Made by a program: the position numbers and the translations under genes
Part shown: positions 44,129 through 53,566 of the stretch, piece by piece
How positions within the stretch are numbered: position 1 is the stretch's first letter
Layout of the letters: each line of letters starts with the position of its first letter
The notes under the pieces: model-generated
Database searches by the model: none
Told to the model about the DNA's origin: nothing
The model's input: the letters and a program-made list of their open reading frames with translations, nothing else
From: Bacteroidales bacterium
Lineage (GTDB): Bacteria > Bacteroidota > Bacteroidia > Bacteroidales > UBA10428
DNA length: 64,000 nt
Assembly: GCA_016935435.1 (NCBI GenBank)
Contig: JAFGQZ010000026.1
Coordinates: forward strand, 129,491 to 193,490
Direction of reading: 5' to 3'

Positions 44129-45220
44129 TTATTTTTTAATAAGCCTTGGTTTGCACCCACTGGGCAAATCCTGGGGCGAGCGTGTTGGGCCATGCACTTT
44201 CAGGATGCCGTTATCGAAGCTAATCCTGTCAAGACAAACATTCCTGTTTCCCCCTTTTACTTCAAAATAAGTGTGGGTGTGGTAAACCATAAACAGTTCG
44301 GTAGAATCGGGCGAAGAAGTTACACAACAATGCCCGGGGCCTGATACTTTCAAAGCTTCATTTTTACGCAAAACCGGGTTGCCGGTATATTTTGTCCATG
44401 GGCCCATTGGATTTGATGCTGTGGCATAGCCCACCGAATAATTGATATCGGCATAATAATTCGATGAATATAGCAAATAATACTTGTCGCCATGCTTTAA
44501 CACAAAAGGCCCTTCGTTCCATTGATATTCGCCGTAAATATCTTCCCAAGCCTGACTGGGGCTTGTGCATAAGGCTGGTTTGCCGTCGAAAGCCAATAAA
44601 TCGTCGGTAAGTTTTACCACAAAAATCTGGCTTACGTGTTTTCCATTTATAATATTCGTGGAGCAATCTTTTACATAATATAAATATATGGTGTTGTTAT
44701 CGACAAATAAGTTGCCATCGATATACGAATAATTATCGGTGTTTAAAAAGGGCTCCGACCAGTTAATAAATGGCCCTAGTGGGTTAGTTGATGAGGCAAT
44801 ACGTATTTTCATGCCCTTGCTTGTTGTGGCGCTATAGGTCATGTAAAACCTGCCATTAATATATTTTACTTCGGGTGCCCAGAAATTTCCATCGCCCCAG
44901 TTGTTGCCTTCGGTGTTTCTGTCTAATGCCATGCCACGTTCGGTCCAGTCGGCCATGTTTTGCGACGACCACACTTTAAAGCCTGTTCCCGATGAAGTGG
45001 CATACAGGTAATAAAACCCCTTGTGTAGCATTATAAACGGATCTCCGATATTGGTAATATCGCCAACCGGGTTGGTGTAGGTGTAAATAGTATCGTAATT
45101 TACCTTTGGTTTATTGTCTGCAGGATCCCCATCATCGCCTTTATCGCACGAAACAGCCGTACATAAAACAAAAAAAGTCGCAATAGCCCCTATAAATAAT
45201 CTTTCTACTTTCTCTACCAT
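44129..45220 (-). CDS. Glycoside hydrolase family 43 lipoprotein (second paralog)
   Basis: The protein is 363 aa with lipobox CTAVSCDK. GH43 blocks are GDPFIMLHKGFYYLYATS, FWAPEVKYINGRFYMTYS, IDGNLFVDNNTIYLYYV and WNEGPFVLKHGDKYYLLYS. Confidence 0.85.
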   Translation of the reverse strand: MVEKVERLFIGAIATFFVLCTAVSCDKGDDGDPADNKPKVNYDTIYTYTNPVGDITNIGDPFIMLHKGFYYLYATSSGTGFKVWSSQNMADWTERGMALDRNTEGNNWGDGNFWAPEVKYINGRFYMTYSATTSKGMKIRIASSTNPLGPFINWSEPFLNTDNYSYIDGNLFVDNNTIYLYYVKDCSTNIINGKHVSQIFVVKLTDDLLAFDGKPALCTSPSQAWEDIYGEYQWNEGPFVLKHGDKYYLLYSSNYYADINYSVGYATASNPMGPWTKYTGNPVLRKNEALKVSGPGHCCVTSSPDSTELFMVYHTHTYFEVKGGNRNVCLDRISFDNGILKVHGPTRSPQDLPSGCKPRLIKK

Positions 45221-45376
45221 ATCATTTTATTTTATTTATTATGTTGTTTATACTGAAAAAGCGACTAAAAAGTTAAGAACCTTATGAAGAAAAAGTACCC
45301 ATACCAGTATTTAACACACTAAATTAAAAAATTGACCCTTATTTTTTTTTCTGGCATGGGTACAATTGTTAAAGGG

Positions 45377-46900
45377 TTACCATTCGGGGTTTTGGTCGAG
45401 GTTTGGGTTGATGTCGATTTCCTGTTGGGGAATTGGCAACAACTCGTCGCGGCCTACCTTAAAGTTTTCGAACCCCGGATCGCGTTCAGCAAGGCCCGGC
45501 CCGAGCTCGCCCCAGCGCACAAGGTCGTTCCATCGGTGCCCTTCGCCGCAAAGTTCGGTAAGCCTTTCGTGCTTAATTTGTTCGAGAAATGCAGCCTGCG
45601 ACATGCCTGGTTTAATAACCGACAGTGAGGCAAGGCCGGCACGGTTGCGAACCATGTCAACATACTGGTAAGCATCGTTCGTGCTTCCGGTAGCGTTCAA
45701 ACATTCGGCGTACATCAACAATACATCGGCATACCTTATAAACCGGTAATTATTCTGTGAACGGTAATCTTCCTCATTTTTGTAATGGTCGTTCAGAAAT
45801 TTACGGAACCATATACGCTGCGAATTTGGATAGCGCGAATTAAAACTTGCCCCATATACATTGGTAAATGCACCTCCGCGTTCATCGGTAGAATCGTAAA
45901 TAAAAGTGGCCGCCAAACGTGGGTCGCGATCCCCGGTAGTAGTTGTTTCCGATAAAAATTCGTAAACCGGCCAGCGCAGGGCTTCACCATCGGACCACCC
46001 TATGCCGCTGGGCGAAAAAAACTTGGCAATAGAAGTGCCATAGTTGTGGTTAGGAGTTGCAATATCGTCGTCGGTAGTTTCAGAAAGGTTTTCGGCAAAC
46101 TGCCATTCAAAAACCGATTCCTTATTGTTCTCGCTTGTTATCATAAAATTCTCGCGATAGTCGGATACAAGGCCATAAATATTTTTTCCTTCACCTTCAA
46201 CCAGCCATTGCAAAGGAGTAAGCGCCTCGTTGTATTTTTGGTGTTGCATATAGGCTTTGGCCAAGAGGGCATAAGCAGCACCCCTGGTAACTCTTCCTAA
46301 ATCTTTTCCGGTATATTTTACGGGCAACAATTTTGCAGCTTCGTTCAAATCGGTTTCAACCTGCGCCCAAATCAGATCCTGTGAGGTTGTGGCAGGTTTA
46401 TCGGTTGCCACCTGGGTTTTAGTAAAAAGTGGCACATTTCCCCAAAGGCTTGCCAGGTTAAAATAGAAATAGGCCCTGAAAAACAAGGCTTCGCCCATGT
46501 ATTGATCTTTTAGGGCCTGGTTCATTTCTATGGCTGGCAAATAATCGATAACCTGGTTTGCCCTGTTAATGCCTATATAGTTGTCGTTCCATATTCCATA
46601 GCATTCGCCGTAATTATAGTCGGTAACAATAAACTGCTGCATGTTGTTAACAATGGCAGGGTTCGGACTGGTGCTGGTGCCTTCGTCGGAGCGGATTATG
46701 GTATAGAAAAACAGCCACCTCGATATAGCCCCTCTGTGCAGGGTACTGTATATGGCATTTACACCTGCCAGGGCATCGTTGGCAGTTTTCCAGTAGGTTT
46801 CGGCAGTAATCTGGTTTGGGTTGTCGCGGGTAAGATCGTCGGAACACCCCGATAATAAGAGTGTTGCCGAAAAAAGTATGGTATAAACGAAGTGTCTCAT
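45377..46900 (-). CDS. susD: SusD/RagB-family nutrient-binding outer-membrane lipoprotein
   Basis: The start is reset to the ATG at 46900 (MRHFVYTILFSATLLLSGCSDD). SusD-like blocks are ALFFRAYFYFNLASLWGNVPL and FLEQIKHERLTELCGEGHRWNDLVRWG. It lies directly downstream of SusC. Confidence 0.85.
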   Translation of the reverse strand: MRHFVYTILFSATLLLSGCSDDLTRDNPNQITAETYWKTANDALAGVNAIYSTLHRGAISRWLFFYTIIRSDEGTSTSPNPAIVNNMQQFIVTDYNYGECYGIWNDNYIGINRANQVIDYLPAIEMNQALKDQYMGEALFFRAYFYFNLASLWGNVPLFTKTQVATDKPATTSQDLIWAQVETDLNEAAKLLPVKYTGKDLGRVTRGAAYALLAKAYMQHQKYNEALTPLQWLVEGEGKNIYGLVSDYRENFMITSENNKESVFEWQFAENLSETTDDDIATPNHNYGTSIAKFFSPSGIGWSDGEALRWPVYEFLSETTTTGDRDPRLAATFIYDSTDERGGAFTNVYGASFNSRYPNSQRIWFRKFLNDHYKNEEDYRSQNNYRFIRYADVLLMYAECLNATGSTNDAYQYVDMVRNRAGLASLSVIKPGMSQAAFLEQIKHERLTELCGEGHRWNDLVRWGELGPGLAERDPGFENFKVGRDELLPIPQQEIDINPNLDQNPEW

Positions 46901-46999
46901 AATTTCTTTTATTAGGTTCGACTTATAAAACGGGGACATGTTCAGATTAAAACCCCTTGTCGATATTTTGTTTTCATGTCTTTTCATTGTATGCAATGT

Positions 47000-49900
47000 T
47001 TAAAAGGTACACTCTATGCCAACTGAATAAACTTTGGGCGATGGCCAGTTGCCGTTGTCGTACCCCCTCTCCAGGATTCCAGATCCCACCACATCGGGGT
47101 CGAGGCCAGAGTATTTTGTAAAGGTGAAGATGTTCTGTCCGCTAACATAGATGCGTGCGTTCTGTATTTTAACCCGCTCAAGTAGCTTGGGGCTTATTGC
47201 ATAACTAAACTCAAGGTTTCGGAGCCGCAGATACGAGCCATTTTCGAGCCAGCGGTCGGTGTTGCCCCAGTTGTTCTGCACAATGCCCTGTTGGGTTTGT
47301 TCCAGGCCCATGCGTGGGTCGTCGGTATTGGTGTTGGTTTCGCTCCAGGGGCTTATATCGCTGCGGAAATTGGTGTTTTGGTAGCTGTCGAGCACTTTCC
47401 GGATATCGTTATAAATGGTATAGCCAAAAATGCCAACCAGCTGCATGTTCATCGAAAATTGCCTATACGAGAGGTTAACCTGTCCACCGGTTTGCAGCTT
47501 TGGCCAGGGCGAGCCTACATATTGGCGGTCTTCGTCGTTTATCTGTCCATCGGGGGTGAAATCGACGTATTTTACATCGCCAGGCGTTGCAAAAGGTTGA
47601 ATTAGCGTACCATCTGATGTATATTCCAATATTTCATCTTCCGACTGGAACAAACCATCGGTTTTAATAAGGTACCATTGGCCCAAGGGGTACCCAACCT
47701 GCGAACGGGTCCTGCCAACAAGCAGATAGTCGATGCCCTCCCCTTGGTAGCCCACACTTACAACTTCGTTTTTAATAGTGGTGAAATTTGCCGAAACTTC
47801 CCATTTAAAATCGTGCTGTTTGTTACGAAGGGTAGCTGCAAATTCAAGGCCTTTGTTGCTTATCGAGCCTGCATTTACATAAGGGTTTCCCCCCAAGTTG
47901 CCCAGGTATCCTGCCACCGGTAATTGCAACAGGCAATCTTTTGATAAGGAACTATAATAGGCCAAAGAAACCAAAAAGGCATTTTCAAATAGGGCGGCAT
48001 CAAGGCCAATATTCTGTGTAACCCTTTCCTCCCAGTGCAAGTCGGGGTTGGCCAGTTTTGCCTGGTAAGCGCCAACGTAAGGCGACTGGTCGGCACCGAA
48101 AATAGCCCTGGGGTTGCTGTTGATAAAGGCTGTGTAGCCCCACGAATCGGCAGTTACAATACCTAATTTCCCGATAGAGGCATTAATCTTTAAGTCGTTA
48201 ACCCAGTCGATGGTAAAAAAGCTTTCTTTGCTAATTCTCCAGGCAGCAGCCAACGAAGGGAAGAACCCCCTGCGGTAGTTTTCGCCGAAACGCGAATCAT
48301 AATCGAGCCTGCTGGTGAAGGTTAACAGATATTTATCGTCGTATTTATAATTCACCCTGCCCAGGTAGCCCAGAATTTTATAGTCGTTCCATACGCCGCC
48401 ATACGATGTAAATTCACCTGTGGCAGCATCAATGGTTGTTAAGTAGTCGTCGCCACTTTTTTGCAAATTGGTTTTTCCTGCCCGGGTGTATTTATTGCTG
48501 GTATGTTGCTGGTTTATACCTATAACGCCGTTAATATTTTGTTTGCCAAAAGTTTTATCAAAATTGAGTGTGTGATCGGTCAGCAAACTTAGAAATACAC
48601 TGCGCGTTTCGATAATTGAACTTGGATAGGGAGAAGCATTGTACTGATATATTCCGTCTTTACGGATATTTTTAACGTAGTCGAAACTGGCTTCGGTGCC
48701 AAAATTGAATTTGTACGACAGCCATTTGGTGAATTTTAATTCGGCAAATATATTGCCCACCAGTTTTGAATAGTTGGGGGTTACCTGCCAAAGTTCTTTA
48801 ACCGCCACAGGGTTATAAGCGTAGGTTACTGCATTGGTTGTGCCAATGCCATAGCCCCTGGGGTTGTTTGTTGTGATATAAAGGCTGTCGCGAACCGGAA
48901 TTATGGGCAGCATCATGTTCATATCGTACATTACATTGCCGGTGCCCGGGTGGTGTATGGTTGTATTGCTAAAAACTATATTCTCGCCAAAGGTTAATAT
49001 GCCGCGTGTGCTTTGTGTGTTAATCCTGAAGCTATACCGTTTAAAATCGTCGCTTACAACATAGCTTTTCTGGTTCATGTAACTGGCCGAAGCCAAAAAA
49101 ACACTGGTTTCGTTGCCTCCGGAAAACGAAATATGGTAGTTTTCGATGGCACCGTTGCGGAGCATTTCGTTCTGCCAGTTCGTATTATACACATTCGTAT
49201 CAAGTCGGGCAATCTGTGGAGCATAGGCTGTAAGATAATTTGGCGATGAATTTTCGAACTGGGTCATTTTCATGGCAGAGTACTGTGTATTGTCCATAAC
49301 ATCGTAAACCTTTGGTATCTGTTGCACCCCAATTTTTCCCGAGAAGCTTACCCTCATGGGGCCTTTTTTGCCCTGTTTGGTGGTAATAATAACAACACCG
49401 TTTGCTGCCCGCGCACCATAAATGGCACTTGCCGATGCATCTTTAAGAATTTGTATGCTTTCTATGTCGTCGGAATTTATGGTAAGGTTGGCATCGGCAA
49501 CCATTCCATCAATTACATATAAGGGATCGGAATTGGTATAACTGGCAACCCCCCTGATTTCAATTTTCGATACCCCGGTAGAACCTGAATTACGAACGGT
49601 AACACCTGCAGTTAACCCCTGTATGGATTGAGCAAGGGAAGTAGAAGATACCCTGCTTGTTTCTTCGGTGCTAACAACAGAAACCGTACCTGTAAGGTCT
49701 TTCTTTTTAATAGTCTGGTAACCAATTAACACAACCTCTTCGAGGCTCTGAATATCTGCTACCAGGGCTACATCGATGATACTGCGGCCGTTTACCGGTA
49801 TTTTTTCGGTAACATAGCCCACAAAAGAAAACACCAGTACGGCATCGGGCGAGCCTGCTTCAATGGTATATTTGCCGTCTAAATCGCTCACAACCCCTGT

Positions 49901-50377
49901 AGTAGTGCCTTCAATAACAATGTTTACACCGGGCATGGTTTGTCCGTTTCCGGCATCGGTTACTACCCCTCTGACAACTATATTGTCGCGTGCCTTAAGG
50001 TTGCCTTCCTGCTTGTCGAACACAATAATAACCTTGTCTTTTATAACATAGTCGAGCCCGAGGCCTTTCAGGGCAAGGTCAAGAATTTTATCGACAGTTT
50101 GGTTGGTTACTTTCAGGTTTATCTTCTCTGAGTTTTTCACTTCGGAGGTTTTGTACCAGAACGAAAAATCGCTTTTGCTGCCTATTTCGTTGAGCAAATC
50201 GCTTACCGAGGCATTTGTAATGTCGATATTGAGTTTAGTTTCCTGCGAGTACGACATTGCCGCTGAAAGGCTTATCGTGCAGAAAAGGCTAAGTATCACA
50301 GAGATTTTCATGATCAGAAAGGTTTTTTTGGATAAGCTGATGGGAATACCACTCCCATACAATGATGTTTTTTTCAT
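47000..50377 (-). CDS. susC: SusC/RagA-type TonB-linked outer-membrane transporter with N-terminal STN (anti-sigma signalling) extension
   Basis: The protein is 1125 aa. The STN-like domain is SVSDLLNEIGSKSDFSFWY...LDYVIKDKVIIV. It is followed by a CarbopepD_reg domain (VVRGVVTDAGNGQTMPGVNIVIEGTTTGVVSDLDGKY), a plug (IESIQILKDASASAIYGARAANGVVIITTKQG) and a barrel ending VYSVGIECTF. An alternative start is the ATG at 50311. Confidence 0.9.
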   Translation of the reverse strand: MKKTSLYGSGIPISLSKKTFLIMKISVILSLFCTISLSAAMSYSQETKLNIDITNASVSDLLNEIGSKSDFSFWYKTSEVKNSEKINLKVTNQTVDKILDLALKGLGLDYVIKDKVIIVFDKQEGNLKARDNIVVRGVVTDAGNGQTMPGVNIVIEGTTTGVVSDLDGKYTIEAGSPDAVLVFSFVGYVTEKIPVNGRSIIDVALVADIQSLEEVVLIGYQTIKKKDLTGTVSVVSTEETSRVSSTSLAQSIQGLTAGVTVRNSGSTGVSKIEIRGVASYTNSDPLYVIDGMVADANLTINSDDIESIQILKDASASAIYGARAANGVVIITTKQGKKGPMRVSFSGKIGVQQIPKVYDVMDNTQYSAMKMTQFENSSPNYLTAYAPQIARLDTNVYNTNWQNEMLRNGAIENYHISFSGGNETSVFLASASYMNQKSYVVSDDFKRYSFRINTQSTRGILTFGENIVFSNTTIHHPGTGNVMYDMNMMLPIIPVRDSLYITTNNPRGYGIGTTNAVTYAYNPVAVKELWQVTPNYSKLVGNIFAELKFTKWLSYKFNFGTEASFDYVKNIRKDGIYQYNASPYPSSIIETRSVFLSLLTDHTLNFDKTFGKQNINGVIGINQQHTSNKYTRAGKTNLQKSGDDYLTTIDAATGEFTSYGGVWNDYKILGYLGRVNYKYDDKYLLTFTSRLDYDSRFGENYRRGFFPSLAAAWRISKESFFTIDWVNDLKINASIGKLGIVTADSWGYTAFINSNPRAIFGADQSPYVGAYQAKLANPDLHWEERVTQNIGLDAALFENAFLVSLAYYSSLSKDCLLQLPVAGYLGNLGGNPYVNAGSISNKGLEFAATLRNKQHDFKWEVSANFTTIKNEVVSVGYQGEGIDYLLVGRTRSQVGYPLGQWYLIKTDGLFQSEDEILEYTSDGTLIQPFATPGDVKYVDFTPDGQINDEDRQYVGSPWPKLQTGGQVNLSYRQFSMNMQLVGIFGYTIYNDIRKVLDSYQNTNFRSDISPWSETNTNTDDPRMGLEQTQQGIVQNNWGNTDRWLENGSYLRLRNLEFSYAISPKLLERVKIQNARIYVSGQNIFTFTKYSGLDPDVVGSGILERGYDNGNWPSPKVYSVGIECTF

Positions 50378-50443
50378 ACATTTGTAATGTTTTGGTTAAT
50401 TGATTGTTCTTTCATTCATTTTCTGAAACCTTCAATCGGAAAA

Positions 50444-50473
50444 TGTGCCACCATTTTCCGATTTCTTTTTTTG
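50444..50473. other. Strong hairpin (12-bp stem, 6-nt loop) between fecR-like gene and susC
   Basis: The sequence is aatcggaaaatg tgccac cattttccgatt. The T-run (tcttttttt) follows it on the plus strand, which is antisense to both flanking genes. Confidence 0.5.
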
Positions 50474-50503
50474 TCAGGATGTGTTCATTTTTGTTTATGC
50501 CGG

Positions 50504-51493
50504 TTAGTTAATTTTTATAGTATCGTTTTTCAGGGTATATCGGAAAGTTCCCGATAGCTTAATGATATCGAGTATCTGGTAAACATTTTTTTCTTTATTG
50601 AACAGGCCGCTGAAGCTGTCTTTTTTTAATTCTGCATTGTTGTAATCGATAACAACATTAAAATTACGCTCCAGTTCCTCGAATATCGATGTTATAGGTT
50701 CGTTTTCGAAGAACAGTTTTCCATCGGTCCAGTAAACGGACTGCCGGGCATTGGTGTTTTTTACCGACAACTTGTTGTGTGTTTTGCTGTAAACAGCAGT
50801 CTGGTTTGGTTTTAGCCTGTACAATTCTTCTTTTTTTGAAATTTTTCCTGAAGAGTGTATGCCAACGAGCCCTTCTAACAGTGTAACCTCGGTAGTATAT
50901 GTGTTTTCGTAATTGCGCACGTTAAATTTTGTGCCCGTAACTTTTATGTCAATGTCGCCGGCTTCAACAATTAGCGGGTTTTTTGCATTGGTTTTAACTT
51001 CGAAGTAAGCTTCTCCCTGCAATTTTACCTTGCGGTAACTGCCACTGAAATTTGCCGGATAGCTAAGGCTGCTGCCAGAGTTAACAATGGCAACTGAACC
51101 GTCGGGCAAATCAATTTTTGTTTTCACACCATGGGGCACCTGTGTTGTTATAGTAGGCAAGGGGTTTTCTGTTTTTATTTTTGCCGAAAACAAAACCCCG
51201 AAAGAGGCCAGCATAAGGGCAATAGAAGCTGCTGCAACGAATTGTAGCATTAGTTTCTTTTTCCTGAAAGTTTCTATGGCAATTTTTTCCCTCAACAGCG
51301 AGTAGGTTTCAAGTTCTTCGTTGGCTGATAATTGATGCGGCACTGGTTTAATGTTTTTTAATAAATTGTAGGCAGTGCGGTTTTTATCACTTTGGTTAAG
51401 CCATTCCTGCAGCTTAAGTGAATCGTTGTAATTATTTCCCCCTTTTTGTTCCCTGGCAATTATTTGCCATATTTCGTCCCCTTTGTTGTCCAT
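50504..51493 (-). CDS. FecR-family anti-sigma factor / transmembrane sensor
   Basis: The start is reset to the ATG at 51493 (MDNKGDEIWQII). It has a single transmembrane helix (FVAAASIALMLASFGVLF) and a FecR domain (LPDGSVAIVNSGSSL...LQGEAYFEV). It lies between the ECF sigma gene and the STN-type SusC. Confidence 0.85.
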   Translation of the reverse strand: MDNKGDEIWQIIAREQKGGNNYNDSLKLQEWLNQSDKNRTAYNLLKNIKPVPHQLSANEELETYSLLREKIAIETFRKKKLMLQFVAAASIALMLASFGVLFSAKIKTENPLPTITTQVPHGVKTKIDLPDGSVAIVNSGSSLSYPANFSGSYRKVKLQGEAYFEVKTNAKNPLIVEAGDIDIKVTGTKFNVRNYENTYTTEVTLLEGLVGIHSSGKISKKEELYRLKPNQTAVYSKTHNKLSVKNTNARQSVYWTDGKLFFENEPITSIFEELERNFNVVIDYNNAELKKDSFSGLFNKEKNVYQILDIIKLSGTFRYTLKNDTIKIN

Positions 51494-51689
51494 AATTTTG
51501 TTTATAGGCCGGCTGCGTCTTTTTCCCTGCAAATCGATTTTACAATAAGTTACCACTTTTAACTGATAAATGCAATGGCACCGACGATAGCCTAATAATT
51601 TAAGAGTATATAGTAAGACTTAATTTTTACAGTCATATTATATATGACAACAAAAAATGAAAACACATCTAGTCGTTAGAAGAAAAAAA

Positions 51690-52247
51690 TTATTTTTTGT
51701 TGAGGTAGGAACACACCGATTCGTGTATTTTTTTTAATGCAGAAACCATGTGTGCATTTACGGTTTTCTCTGAGATGTCCAATATTTTGGCAATGTCTTT
51801 ATATTTTAGGCCTTCCTCACGCGATAAGAGAAACACCATTCGGCATTTTTCGGGAAGTTGGGCTATCTGTTGTTGCAGAAAGTTGTTGAACTCAGCAGTA
51901 ATGAAAATATCTTCGGGGCTTTCGCCCTCGGAGCTTAAAGTTAAGGGAAGTTCACGCCTGTATTCCGGTTCACGCGATTGTTTCTTTAGAAAATTAAGAG
52001 AGTGGTTTTTAGTGAGCGTGAACAAATATGCCTCAATATTTTCAACCTGCCACAGGCTCTTACGGTTCGACCATACCGAACAAAACACATTCGATACTAT
52101 TTCCTGCTTGTTTTCGGCCAACTTTACATAATACCCCGAAAAGCGAAAAACAGTATTTACAAAAAGAGAATAAAATTCACGGAAAGCAGCCGAATTGCTA
52201 TCACCTATGCTGGCAGCCAGTCTTTTAAAGTTTTCCGTGCTTTTCAA
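51690..52247 (-). CDS. ECF sigma-70 factor (Bacteroidetes PUL-associated type)
   Basis: The protein is 185 aa. Region 2 (FREFYSLFVNTVFRFSGYYV...EIVSNVF) and region 4 (LPEKCRMVFLLSREEGLKYKDIAKILDISEKTVNAHM) are present. Confidence 0.88.
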   Translation of the reverse strand: MKSTENFKRLAASIGDSNSAAFREFYSLFVNTVFRFSGYYVKLAENKQEIVSNVFCSVWSNRKSLWQVENIEAYLFTLTKNHSLNFLKKQSREPEYRRELPLTLSSEGESPEDIFITAEFNNFLQQQIAQLPEKCRMVFLLSREEGLKYKDIAKILDISEKTVNAHMVSALKKIHESVCSYLNKK

Positions 52248-52332
52248 GCCGTTTTTGTAGAATGTTTTCGGGCAAATCTACTATTTACCCTGAAAATTGC
52301 AAGGATTTTATCAAAACTTTTAATAGCACAAG

Positions 52333-52443
52333 GATGACGCGGATTAAACTGATTTTCACAAATTATATCAGTGGCTATCCGTAGCATCTGTGTCATCAGT
52401 GTCCTATCGCACACGGACAATGCGGATTAAACAGATATTCGAG
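52333..52443 (+). repeat. Dispersed ~77-bp repeat family, ~1.5 tandem units (copy set B)
   Basis: The sequence is gatgacgcggattaaactgattttcacaaattatatcagtggctatccgtagcatctgtgtcatcagtgtcctatcgcacacggacaatgcggattaaacagatattcgag. It has the same orientation as 41395-41518. Confidence 0.85.
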
Positions 52444-52458
52444 GATATTATTCGGTGT

Positions 52459-53541
52459 TTATTCGCCGATATCTTTGGCTTTCATAAAACGCAGTGCGCC
52501 TAATAGCCAATCGGGCAGGGGCTTTTCGGGGTTACGTTTCTGAAGGTTCAGGCTTATGCCCAATTTTTTTACGATGGGCAGTTTGTGGGTTTCAACAAAC
52601 TCAATCAATGCCCCATCGGGATCTTCGGTGTAGGCAAACAAACCTGCGGCATCGCCCATATCGAAGCTGCCATTTTTAAAAATTTCGCCGGTATCGACTG
52701 TAAACGGGCAGCCAAAATTTTTACAGGTTTCGCGAAGGTTGTCCATACCTTGTATGTCGAAACAAAGATGGATAAACCCGAGTTCGCCCCAGTAACGGTT
52801 TTCAAAAATTTTTCGGGGTTGGTATTTTAGGGCTTGTACAAGTTCAATTTCGCTGTCGCCGAACAATTTACTAAAGGGGCCTTTTCTTTCTTCGCTGTGA
52901 CGGAGCAGTACACGGCGAAATTCTTTATTGCCACCCGGCAACAACGAAAAATCGTTGAATAATCCAGACTTGTCGTACACAACCGTATCGTACCCCAGAA
53001 TATTTGCATAAAAGGCTTTCGATTTCTCTATGTCGGAACAACCAATAATTGCCCCCTGGGCACCCCCTGTAAGCTTATTTTCATTACGGTACCATGTATT
53101 TCCGGGCACCAGCTGAAAAATATTGTTGTAGGGGTCTTTCAGATAAAAAAGTTTTCGGCCTTCGAGTTCGCTTATTTCGCCCAAAACATCCTGTTTGTTT
53201 TCTTTGAACCAGTTATAGGTTTTTTCCGGATCGGTGCATTTAATTTTTCCTGCAAACAAACCTAAATCGCCCAGCTGTATTTCAAAACTGGCGTTGCGTG
53301 GCTCAAAATCGGTATGGTTCCAAATTTCAAACCCTCCGCCACCAGTAAGGGTAATTGCCAGGGCTGCATGACGGTTACGGGGTTTCCCTCCTGTGTAAGG
53401 CAACATAAACTCTGCCGGTGCCGATTCTTCAAGTATGCGTACATCGATACCAAAATATTTTTTATACCAGGCCCAGGCCTTTTCGACATCTTTAACTCCA
53501 ATTCCTAATTGTTGAATGCCGCTTATAATTGTTTTTCTCAC
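52459..53541 (-). CDS. VOC-superfamily (glyoxalase/bleomycin-resistance/dioxygenase) protein with repeated VOC modules
   Basis: The protein is 360 aa. It has repeated beta-alpha-beta-beta-beta module starts (IQQLGIGVKDVEKAWAWYKKYFG, GAIIGCSDIEKSKAFYANILGY, FIHLCFDIQGMDNL). Confidence 0.65.
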   Translation of the reverse strand: MRKTIISGIQQLGIGVKDVEKAWAWYKKYFGIDVRILEESAPAEFMLPYTGGKPRNRHAALAITLTGGGGFEIWNHTDFEPRNASFEIQLGDLGLFAGKIKCTDPEKTYNWFKENKQDVLGEISELEGRKLFYLKDPYNNIFQLVPGNTWYRNENKLTGGAQGAIIGCSDIEKSKAFYANILGYDTVVYDKSGLFNDFSLLPGGNKEFRRVLLRHSEERKGPFSKLFGDSEIELVQALKYQPRKIFENRYWGELGFIHLCFDIQGMDNLRETCKNFGCPFTVDTGEIFKNGSFDMGDAAGLFAYTEDPDGALIEFVETHKLPIVKKLGISLNLQKRNPEKPLPDWLLGALRFMKAKDIGE

Positions 53542-53566
53542 AAGAATATTTTTTAGTTTATTTAGC

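Noticed and set aside
45342-45350. T9 homopolymer between SusD and the GH43 gene as a phase-variation tract
   Set aside because: It is intergenic and short. It has no overlapping start codon or promoter spacing that I can define, so there is no evidence for slipped-strand regulation.
51632-51648. AT-rich palindrome gtcatat-tat-atatgac between the ECF sigma and FecR genes
   Set aside because: Short AT-only palindromes are expected by chance in AT-rich spacers, and there is no supporting context.
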